A stretch of 63,905 nt of DNA, the filler included, from an uncultured Rhodopirellula sp. (lineage in GTDB: Bacteria; Planctomycetota; Planctomycetia; Pirellulales; Pirellulaceae), in NCBI GenBank assembly GCA_964007735.1. It is 3 parts of 3 records of this genome, joined end to end, with 100 filler letters (N's around TTAATTAATTAA, not from the genome) between each part and the next. Parts side by side here need not be neighbours in the genome. Positions count along the whole stretch, not along the records: positions 1 to 26,681 come from CAXGAI010000056.1; 2 more parts are not named here. One strand, given 5' to 3'. Positions 9,804 to 17,636 of this stretch are shown here, one piece after another (position 1 is the first letter of the stretch; the number at the start of each line of letters is the position of its first letter). The notes beneath the pieces were generated by a model. The model saw only the letters and a list, made by a program, of their open reading frames with translations, was not told where the DNA came from and ran no database searches. Position numbers and translations under genes: made by a program.

Positions 9804-10736
9804 ATGAATACAAGAAATAAAGTGTGTGCTCTGGTTGCTGGAGCGATTGTTGTATTAGCCGGTGGTATCCGATTTGGTTATGCGCAGCAGTTGCCGGTGG
9901 TTCCGCGATTTAAGCTTTCTGACTGTAATGTTGCGTTGGTTGAAGAGGTGGAAGTGGCAGCTCAATTCCCGGGAGTCTTGATTTCACTTGATTTCAAAGA
10001 GGGAGATTCGGTTACCAAAGACCAGATACTTGCCCGGATTGACGATTCCGATGCTTTGATTAAACGCAAGGAGTTAAACCTGCAACTTGCCGTCGCCGAG
10101 AAAGAGGCTAGTAACGATATTAATGTGCGTGCCGCCGAAGCTTCTGCTGAAGTTGCGGGTGCAGAATTGAAAGAATCCATCGCAGTGAATGCGGAGTCAC
10201 CCGGAGCTGTTCCTCCCACGAAAATCCGTCGTGAAGAACTAACTTTTAGGCGAGCAGAGTTGCAGATTGATGTGGCTAAGCTTGAACTTGATGTCGCCAA
10301 GCTTAATGTTGATGTGAAGAGTACTCAGCTAGACAATGCAGATCTCACGATTGATCGCTTGAAGGTGAAGGCTCCGCTCAATGCAGAGGTAGAACGTAAG
10401 CTCAAAGACGTTGGTGAATTTGTGCAAATTGGTGACCCTATTGTGCAATTGGTCCGTATGGATAAATTGCGAATCGAAGGGTTTGTTCAACTAAAGCAAT
10501 TCCTTCCTCAACTGATTCACGGTCAACCCGTCACGATTGAGTATTCCTTTGTTGATCCAACGGATGCTGATAACCCGAAGAAGAGTTTTACTTTTACAGG
10601 CAAGGTTAGTTTTGTCAGTAACAAGGTTCAGGCTGGTGGTGAATATAAGATTTGGGCAGAAGTTGTTAATCAAAAATACAAAAACCAGTGGATTCTGCGT
10701 CCCGGTGTGGCTGTAGATATGTCAATCGGTCAGTAG
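9804..10736 (+). CDS. HlyD/RND-type periplasmic adaptor subunit
   Basis: Signal peptide/TM; 'AAQFPGVL...KEGDSVTKDQILARID', coiled coil, 'VKAPLNAEV...GEFVQIGDP', 'LRPGVAVDM'. Confidence 0.88.
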   Translation: MNTRNKVCALVAGAIVVLAGGIRFGYAQQLPVVPRFKLSDCNVALVEEVEVAAQFPGVLISLDFKEGDSVTKDQILARIDDSDALIKRKELNLQLAVAEKEASNDINVRAAEASAEVAGAELKESIAVNAESPGAVPPTKIRREELTFRRAELQIDVAKLELDVAKLNVDVKSTQLDNADLTIDRLKVKAPLNAEVERKLKDVGEFVQIGDPIVQLVRMDKLRIEGFVQLKQFLPQLIHGQPVTIEYSFVDPTDADNPKKSFTFTGKVSFVSNKVQAGGEYKIWAEVVNQKYKNQWILRPGVAVDMSIGQ

Positions 10737-10778
10737 TTCTTCTTGTGAGCAGTTCGGTGTTCGTTTAAGTAATTCAAA

Positions 10779-13121
10779 ATGGTTACCTTAGCAGACAGTT
10801 TGGTTAGTAGTACCAGTCGCGCAGTTCAGTTGCGAATGCGTCCGGACCTGACGGTGAAACGTCAGCAGTACCAAGGTACCTCTTACTGGGTAGTAAAGGA
10901 ACCGATAGGCCTTAACTACTATCGTTTTCATGACGAAGAATATGCCATTCTCAATATGATGGATGGTCAGACATCAATGGAAACGATGAAGGAAGAGTTT
11001 GAGCGACAGTTTGCTCCTCAAAAGGTATCTTTTTCCGATTTGCAGCATTTTATTGGCCAGTTACATCGCAGTGGTTTGGTGATTTCCGAGGCACCGGGTC
11101 AGGGCCGTCAGCTTAAGCACCGGCGAGATACAAAACGGCGAAAGGAATTTCTGGGTAAGTTCACGAATGTTTTTGCCATTCGGTGGAAGGGAATTGACCC
11201 CGAGCGTATTCTTACCCGGCTTTACCCCTGGACAGGTTGGTTGTTCTCACCATTGGCCATTTGGTTTGTTGTACTTTGGGGTCTGTCGGCATTAACGCTT
11301 GTAGCTGTACAGTTTGATGTGTTCCAGAGCAAGATGCCTGAATTTCATCAGTTTTTCGGCGCGCATAACTGGATCTATCTGGGAGCATCCATGGCGGTGG
11401 TTAAGGTAGTGCATGAATTCGGGCACGGTTTGACCTGCAAGCGATACGGTGGCGAATGCCACGAAATGGGGTTTATGCTTCTTGTATTTACCCCGGCGTT
11501 GTTTTGCAATGTGTCAGATTCGTGGATGCTTCCGAATAAATGGCATCGTATTTTTATCGGAGCAGCCGGGATTTATGTGGAGATTTTTATTGCCTCCACG
11601 GCCACCTTTATCTGGTGGTTTAGTCAGCCGGGGATTCTTAATCAGGTTTGCCTGAGCCTTATGTTTATCTGCAGTGTGAGTACCCTGCTCTTTAACGGGA
11701 ATCCGCTGTTAAGGTTTGACGGATACTATATTTTGATGGACCTGATCGAGATTCCCAACCTTCGACAAAAATCAACCGAGGTGTTGAAGCGGTTTATGGT
11801 TGGGCTTTGTTTGGGCATTGAACAGCCTGAAAATCCGTTTCTTCCACAACGCAATCACTTCTTTTTCGGTTTGTATACTGTAGCAGCGGTGATTTATCGT
11901 TGGTTGATCGTGTTTTCAATTTTTATGTTCCTAAATCAGGTGCTTGAACCTTATGGTTTAAAGATTCTGGGACAAATCATGGGAGCGATGGGCGTCTTTG
12001 GGCTTGTCGTTCAGCCGGTATGGCAAATGGGTAAATTCTTTTATACGCCTGGGAGGATGCATAAAGTGAAAAAGCATCGAGTTGCAATCACCGCCGGGGT
12101 GGTAGCATTGCTGATTGGTGGAGTGTGCTTCGTGCCATTTGAATACCACATTGACTGCGCAGTGCGAGTGGTTCCGCGTGAATACAAAGTAAGTAATGCA
12201 GCGTTTTCACCGACGGAGAAGATGTCGGCTACCGTGTTTGCTCAGGTAGCCGGCCGGTATGACGCTTGCCTTGTCAAACCAGGAAGTTGGGTCGAAGTGG
12301 GCGACGTTATTGTGCAGCTTGAAAACTACGACGAGCGTAGGCTGTTGATACAATTACAAGGAGCTTTGGCGGAACAGGAGTCACAGGAACGCGTGCTGAA
12401 GCAGCAACGTTCGGTAGATGGGCAGGCAGCTGATGAGCTTATCGAAGTGCAGGAGCGCATCGTCTCTTTAAGGAAACAGCTGTCCCAGCAAGCCCATAAG
12501 AATGATTTGCTGGAAGTTCGCGCACCTATAGCCGGTATTGTTCTTCCGGCTGCTTATCGTCCTCGTCAGTCTGGGGGCGGCCAATTGCCCACCTGGTCTG
12601 GATATCTGCTGGACCCAGAGAACGTGGGTGCAATTTTAGCTCCGGATGATCCTATTTGTATTATTGCCACGCCACAAACAAATGAATTGGATAGTGCGAA
12701 ACAGAATCTTGGTGAATCATCCGTTGATCCGATTAGAGTCCAGTTAGATGCGGAATTAGTGATTGATCAGGCTGATATCGAATTAATCAAAACCGATCAT
12801 CGCGTTGAAGTTTGTCTCGAGTCTATGCCGGATCTTACGTATGAAACAAAGATACGTCAGATTTCTTACACAAATCTAAAGCAGAGCCCTGCGAATCTGT
12901 CGAGTCAATCGGGAGGCCAGTTGGGAACCGTAATGGATCGTTCCGGGCAGGCTGTACCAGTGAGTACAAGTTATTACGCCCGAGCTTCGATAGATGCATC
13001 TGACGGTATGCTCTACCAGGCTGACTTGCGAGGACGAGCGAAGGTTTATCCAGAGAAGAAACGTTCACTGGGCTGGCGTTTGTACCGCTATGTTGCACGT
13101 ACTTTCCACTTTGCAATGTAG
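10779..13121 (+). CDS. Site-2 (M50) intramembrane metalloprotease fused to HlyD-like MFP domain, with N-terminal PqqD/RRE-like domain
   Basis: 'HEFGH' within a TM region, 'NGNPLLRFDGYY' M50 motif, several TMs; C-terminal 'VKPGSWVEVGDVIVQL', coiled coil, 'VRAPIAG'; N-terminal 'YWVVKEP...YYRF...EYAILNMMDG...LQHFIGQLHRSGLV'. Confidence 0.88.
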   Translation: MVTLADSLVSSTSRAVQLRMRPDLTVKRQQYQGTSYWVVKEPIGLNYYRFHDEEYAILNMMDGQTSMETMKEEFERQFAPQKVSFSDLQHFIGQLHRSGLVISEAPGQGRQLKHRRDTKRRKEFLGKFTNVFAIRWKGIDPERILTRLYPWTGWLFSPLAIWFVVLWGLSALTLVAVQFDVFQSKMPEFHQFFGAHNWIYLGASMAVVKVVHEFGHGLTCKRYGGECHEMGFMLLVFTPALFCNVSDSWMLPNKWHRIFIGAAGIYVEIFIASTATFIWWFSQPGILNQVCLSLMFICSVSTLLFNGNPLLRFDGYYILMDLIEIPNLRQKSTEVLKRFMVGLCLGIEQPENPFLPQRNHFFFGLYTVAAVIYRWLIVFSIFMFLNQVLEPYGLKILGQIMGAMGVFGLVVQPVWQMGKFFYTPGRMHKVKKHRVAITAGVVALLIGGVCFVPFEYHIDCAVRVVPREYKVSNAAFSPTEKMSATVFAQVAGRYDACLVKPGSWVEVGDVIVQLENYDERRLLIQLQGALAEQESQERVLKQQRSVDGQAADELIEVQERIVSLRKQLSQQAHKNDLLEVRAPIAGIVLPAAYRPRQSGGGQLPTWSGYLLDPENVGAILAPDDPICIIATPQTNELDSAKQNLGESSVDPIRVQLDAELVIDQADIELIKTDHRVEVCLESMPDLTYETKIRQISYTNLKQSPANLSSQSGGQLGTVMDRSGQAVPVSTSYYARASIDASDGMLYQADLRGRAKVYPEKKRSLGWRLYRYVARTFHFAM

Positions 13122-13239
13122 ACTTTAGAAGAAGCGAAGCAATTGATTTTTGTTGCTTGTTTGTACTTGTAACCAAAAAGGTGGTTGTGCTATAACCATC
13201 AAATTAGAGACTTAAATAAATATGTTTTGGGAGTGAAAG

Positions 13240-13638
13240 ATGGCTAAGGATAAAGAAGATGCACCTGTTGAGGAAGAAACAGCAGTAGAAGAAACGGCAG
13301 CGGAAGAAACAGCAGCGCAAGAGACTGCTCAGGACGCTCCCGCAGCTCCCGCAGCCCCTCAGAGAGTGGCTGTTCAAGTGGACGATTCGGGCTCTAGTTG
13401 CTCTTATGCTAACTTCTGCCGCGTAACAGGCTCTCCTGAAGAGCTGATCATCGATTTTGCGTTGAATCCGCAGCCGATGGGCGTCCCTAGTGAGGCAATC
13501 GATATTGATCAGCGAGTTGTGATGAACTACTACACCGCGAAACGTATGTTGGCAGCATTGCAAATGTCGATTCAGCGTCATGAAGCTGTTTTCGGAGTAC
13601 TTGAAACAGATATTAACAAGCGAGTTAACGCTCAGTAG
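13240..13638 (+). CDS. DUF3467 family protein with acidic low-complexity N-terminus
   Basis: 'SYANFCRVTGSPEELIIDF...RVVMNYYTAKRMLAALQMSIQRHEAVFG'; GGGAG SD upstream; (EETAA)n repeats. Confidence 0.85.
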   Translation: MAKDKEDAPVEEETAVEETAAEETAAQETAQDAPAAPAAPQRVAVQVDDSGSSCSYANFCRVTGSPEELIIDFALNPQPMGVPSEAIDIDQRVVMNYYTAKRMLAALQMSIQRHEAVFGVLETDINKRVNAQ

Positions 13639-13667
13639 TAAGTACTACGATAAATAATCTGAATTTC

Positions 13668-13711
13668 GTTTACCGCAGGGAGTCTGAATTACTCAGTTCC
13701 CTGCGGTAAAC
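13668..13711 (+). terminator. Strong stem-loop closing the secA-DUF3467 cluster
   Basis: GTTTACCGCAGGGA (13668-13681) / TCCCTGCGGTAAAC (13698-13711) perfect 14-bp inverted repeat; U-tract weak. Confidence 0.65.
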
Positions 13712-13744
13712 TATTGGTATTCAAAACAGTTTTGTCCTGAGGAG

Positions 13745-15166
13745 ATGACGGTGAATTATTCTGTGTGGTTACGAGGCGTGGTTGCGGCGTTCTTGTTGAT
13801 TGGGACGTCGGATATTCCAACGACTGCCGCCGACCAGCCCAATGTTGTTATTATTTTTACCGATGATCAGGGCTACTCGGATGTCGGTTGTTTCGGAGCG
13901 GAAGGATTTGAAACTCCGAACCTTGACCGCATGGCTGCCGAAGGTATGAAATTTACTGATTTCTACGTCGCACAGGCGGTTTGTGGAGCTTCCCGTGCCG
14001 CCTTGCTGACAGGTTGCTATCCGAACCGCATTGGTATGTTAGGAGCGCCTAGTAGCCACTCTAATTATGGAATTCATGCCAATGAGATGCTGCTTCCTGA
14101 GTTGGTGAAACAAAAAGGATATGCCACCGCGATGTATGGGAAATGGCACTTGGGACATCGTGTTGCATCGCTCCCAATGCAGCATGGTTTTGATGATTAT
14201 TTTGGCCTGCCGTACTCGAATGATATGTGGCCCTATCATCCTACGGCCGGCGACCGCTTCCCGGATCTCCCGACGATTGAAAAGAATGACATTGTTGAAT
14301 ACAACTCAGATCAAACGCTGCTCACAAGTTGGTATACAGAGCGAGCGGTCAAGTTTATCCGCCAGAATCGTAATAACCCATTTTTTCTCTATGTGGCTCA
14401 CAGCATGCCGCATGTCCCGTTGTTCGTTTCCAGAAAACATCAAGGGGTGAGTGAGCAAGGTACGTACGGCGACGTGATCTCAGAGATTGATTGGTCGGTG
14501 GGACAGATCCTCCAAACATTGAAACGATGCGGGATTGATGAAAAGACCCTTGTGATTTTTACTTCTGACAATGGACCTTGGTTGTCCTATGGTAATCATG
14601 CAGGGAGTTGTCGTCCGCTACGTGAAGGTAAAGGTACAACCTGGGAAGGAGGTATGCGTGAACCATGTATTATGCGTTGGCCCGGCAAGATTCCTGCCGG
14701 TACCGTTTGTAGTGAACTCGCAGCCACGATCGATATCTTCCCAACGGTTGCCCATTTGACGGGAGCCGAGCCTTCAGAAAATAAGATTGATGGAAAGAGT
14801 ATTTGGCCTCTTATGTCAGGGCAGATTGATGCCAAGAGTCCTCATAAAGCGTACTTTTATTACTGGGGGCGTCACCTGCAAGCAGTAAGGAGTGGTGACT
14901 GGAAACTGCACTTTCCTCATGCATATAGGACTTTAGTTGGTGAAGGTGGAAAGGATGGAATCCCATCGGCCTATAAGAACGTTCAGACACCACTGGCATT
15001 GTTTAACTTAAAGAACGATATAGGCGAAACAACGAATGTAGCGACGACAAATCAGAACGTCGTTAAAGAACTGCAATTGCTGGCAGATGGAATACGTGAG
15101 CAGATAGGTGATTCGGCTAAGAAGATGCAAGGAACGGAAGTCCGGCAGCCTCAGTTGTTTGACTAA
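13745..15166 (+). CDS. Sulfatase (family S1, arylsulfatase A-like), exported
   Basis: Signal peptide; '[12 protein letters not shown]', formylglycine motif '[11 protein letters not shown]', 'GKWHLG', 'FTSDNG'; GAGGAG SD. Confidence 0.95.
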   Translation: MTVNYSVWLRGVVAAFLLIGTSDIPTTAADQPNVVIIFTDDQGYSDVGCFGAEGFETPNLDRMAAEGMKFTDFYVAQAVCGASRAALLTGCYPNRIGMLGAPSSHSNYGIHANEMLLPELVKQKGYATAMYGKWHLGHRVASLPMQHGFDDYFGLPYSNDMWPYHPTAGDRFPDLPTIEKNDIVEYNSDQTLLTSWYTERAVKFIRQNRNNPFFLYVAHSMPHVPLFVSRKHQGVSEQGTYGDVISEIDWSVGQILQTLKRCGIDEKTLVIFTSDNGPWLSYGNHAGSCRPLREGKGTTWEGGMREPCIMRWPGKIPAGTVCSELAATIDIFPTVAHLTGAEPSENKIDGKSIWPLMSGQIDAKSPHKAYFYYWGRHLQAVRSGDWKLHFPHAYRTLVGEGGKDGIPSAYKNVQTPLALFNLKNDIGETTNVATTNQNVVKELQLLADGIREQIGDSAKKMQGTEVRQPQLFD

Positions 15167-15171
15167 CCGTT

Positions 15172-16317
15172 TTACCTGTGACCTGCTTGTTGAGATTGCT
15201 TTTTTTCGTTCCCCGCTAAATCAATGAGTTGCTGGTCCATGGCGATTGAGCATGTGCTCATGCGGTATTTTTCAAAGCTCGACAACAGATCTTCCTGGGA
15301 TGATTTCCATAGAGAACCTTGGTTGTAGCGTTGAAGAAGTTGGCTGAAATGCCGGGCTAAAGCAGGAGCACCGCCATGATAAAAGTGCTGGGATCGTTCT
15401 GGATACTTGTTCAGTTGCATCACTTCGGGGTAGGCCAGGCGTTGCGGCAGGACAGGATAGGCACCACAAAGAATAGCTTCAACAACACTCATCCCGAAAA
15501 ACTCATGAATTGCCGTAGAGACAAAGAAATCGGACTCAGCAAGCCCGCTGAGATATTCGCCCCGTGACGGTTGATAGCCCCAACGCTGAATATGAGATTT
15601 TAAGTTGTCTTGCGCACTCGCAAAGCAGTCCGGTGTATAGTCGCCCTGCTCGCCCATGACATTAATTTTGAAGTTAAAACCGCCCTCAGCAAGTATCCTC
15701 ATTGCTTTGAAAAATGTTTGAGGGGCTTTGTCATTCTCCCAGCGGGCAGCCCAACAGATAACAGGCACTTTGTTTTTAGTCCGAGCGGGCGCGACCAGAT
15801 CAACTCCTGGTGAAAACACGATGCTTTTTGATTCGACGTCCTCTAAATAGGAAGAAAAATCGTAGTCTTGAAATCTTTGAGTATAGTCCTGCACTGCGGC
15901 AAGAAACTGCTTTTTGTTAAAGAAAGAATTCCACCAGATCATGTCTGCGACAGCCGCAGACGTGAGGTTGTGAAAGGCCAGATGTCGGTTGATCTGATTG
16001 GGAGGCTGAACAGGGTAGGAGAATTGATTCTCGTGGAAGTATAGGACGATAGGAATGTTGGCTAATTTGGAACCGGAAAGCGCTTTCAATTCCGCCAGAT
16101 TAATAAGATCGGAGCAGAAAAGAATGTCAAATGATTGTTCCAGGCGATCGATTGCAGCGGCAAAGTGATAAGCGGAATGCCGAATGCGGGATTTCCAATT
16201 GGCAGCGGGAAGAGACAACACTTTCCACTGGTGTTGGCTTTTTGCTATCCAGCTATCCAGAAATGCCTTATGGCTTCCGCCATAGTGAGATTCTATTGCC
16301 AGAGCGTTAAGAGACAT
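15172..16317 (-). CDS. DUF3524 + GT-B (GT4-like) glycosyltransferase, GTDC1/QTMAN-like
   Basis: 'IESHYGGSHKAF...LPAANWKSRIRHSA', 'LYFHENQFSYP', 'WNSFFN', 'RWENDKAP', 'STAIHEFFGMSVVEA...RLAYPE'. Confidence 0.85.
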   Translation of the reverse strand: MSLNALAIESHYGGSHKAFLDSWIAKSQHQWKVLSLPAANWKSRIRHSAYHFAAAIDRLEQSFDILFCSDLINLAELKALSGSKLANIPIVLYFHENQFSYPVQPPNQINRHLAFHNLTSAAVADMIWWNSFFNKKQFLAAVQDYTQRFQDYDFSSYLEDVESKSIVFSPGVDLVAPARTKNKVPVICWAARWENDKAPQTFFKAMRILAEGGFNFKINVMGEQGDYTPDCFASAQDNLKSHIQRWGYQPSRGEYLSGLAESDFFVSTAIHEFFGMSVVEAILCGAYPVLPQRLAYPEVMQLNKYPERSQHFYHGGAPALARHFSQLLQRYNQGSLWKSSQEDLLSSFEKYRMSTCSIAMDQQLIDLAGNEKKQSQQAGHR

Positions 16318-16322
16318 TCGAA

Positions 16323-16832
16323 TTAATGTGCGTGGCCGTGACCATGATCTTGGTGTTCAAACTCACCAGTATATTCTTGGTCACCGATTTTCACGCTAGC
16401 CGTTGCAGTAACACCATGTCCGACTAAGCCAAGTTCTACCGTCGTTTCTAGGTTGATAGCTTCAAACTTATTATGTTCTGCAGCGTCGGGTGTTGTGGTG
16501 CTGAGCTTAACGGTCTTCGTTTCTTCTTTTCGAGTGGTAGTAATCTCGATGAAGTTGGCACTCGTCTGAACATCCGCTTTTGCGTCTGCATCAAGAAGAT
16601 AAAACGTGAGTTTGCCGGAATTGTCGTGAATCCACTCCAGATGATATTCTTCATCACCAAGCCCCAAAATGTGCCCACCGTGAGGGCCATCACTTGCATG
16701 ATCATGTCCATGGTGATCGTCACCTTCACTGGCGGTTTCCGCCTCACTCGGTGCTTCGGGGACGCTTTGGTTACAGCCAACGATCAGAAAACTTGTTGCT
16801 ACAATAAAACATGTTTTGGTTAGCATATTCAC
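16323..16832 (-). CDS. His-rich putative metal-binding lipoprotein
   Basis: Lipobox 'LIVGC'; 'DDHHGHDHASDGPHGGH...EYHLE'; C-terminal 'HQDHGHGHAH'; GGAG SD before GTG. Confidence 0.8.
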   Translation of the reverse strand: MNMLTKTCFIVATSFLIVGCNQSVPEAPSEAETASEGDDHHGHDHASDGPHGGHILGLGDEEYHLEWIHDNSGKLTFYLLDADAKADVQTSANFIEITTTRKEETKTVKLSTTTPDAAEHNKFEAINLETTVELGLVGHGVTATASVKIGDQEYTGEFEHQDHGHGHAH

Positions 16833-16982
16833 GTTGATTTACTCCACGGTGCAAAGGGCAGTTCGATGAATTGATGAGAGATTTAATAATACCATAGTTC
16901 TACGAAAAATACGTAATAGACGCACGTGATGTTCATCCTAAAATGCTTAAGGGGTAAAAAGGGACATCAAGCAAATTTCGCT

Positions 16983-16994
16983 CCCCCCCCCCCC
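16983..16994 (+). repeat. C12 homopolymer in divergent intergenic region
   Basis: Twelve consecutive C directly followed by TTGAAT. Confidence 0.9.
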
Positions 16995-17076
16995 TTGAAT
17001 AGGCCTTTAAAATTAATAGATTTAGAGAATAGCGAGCGGGAAATTAGTTAAGCTTCAACCATTCTAAGGAAAAGTT

Positions 17077-17541
17077 ATGATCACTGAACAAGCAATCCTC
17101 GACGCTCAACGAGCATGGGGAGAAGGTATCGTAAAAATTGGAAAAGTCTTCCTCGAAGAGGGTGACTATCGTTCGGTTGCTGAAGAGCATATCAACGAGT
17201 TTTATAACTACGCCGAAGGTTCTGTTCTTTTTAAACCCACCTTGGTTTCGCAAAAGCAGTTTAGACAAGATTTTGATGGAGCCCTCTCTTATTTTGTGGG
17301 AGGCAATAGCGATTACCCGGAGGATCACGGCTTTGCGATCAAGCCATGGTCAGAAGTTGCCTGGGAAAATATTGGAACCAAGATTGATGGTAACATGGCA
17401 GTCGCCATGGGGAACTATTTCTTCACGACAGTCGAAGGAGGCGATGTGGTGAAGGTAGAGTACTCATTCGGTTATACGTTGAATTCGGCGGGTGAGTTGA
17501 AGATCATTCTTCATGATTCACACCTTCCGTATTCTCCATAA
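17077..17541 (+). CDS. COG4337-type (iota-class-like) carbonic anhydrase / NTF2-like protein
   Basis: 'AQRAWGEGIV...VLFKPT...GALSYFVGG...EDHGFAIKPW...AMGNYFF...KVEYSFGY...KIILHDSHLPY' resembles COG4337; AAGGA SD; no signal peptide. Confidence 0.75.
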   Translation: MITEQAILDAQRAWGEGIVKIGKVFLEEGDYRSVAEEHINEFYNYAEGSVLFKPTLVSQKQFRQDFDGALSYFVGGNSDYPEDHGFAIKPWSEVAWENIGTKIDGNMAVAMGNYFFTTVEGGDVVKVEYSFGYTLNSAGELKIILHDSHLPYSP

Positions 17542-17569
17542 ATACATATGGCAATCAGCCAGCAATAGA

Positions 17570-17609
17570 AAAAGAGCGTCAATATCCTTGAGGGTATTGA
17601 CGCTCTTTT
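17570..17609. terminator. Bidirectional intrinsic terminator between convergent CA-like and SulP genes
   Basis: AAAAGAGCGTCAATA...TATTGACGCTCTTTT inverted repeat with A/T tracts on both sides. Confidence 0.85.
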
Positions 17610-17636
17610 AGTTGACGGGAGTCTCTTCGGAACTAA

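Noticed and set aside
10779..13121. RiPP biosynthetic cluster implied by the RRE-like and M50 domains
   Set aside because: No short precursor peptide or modifying enzymes nearby; context fits protein export.
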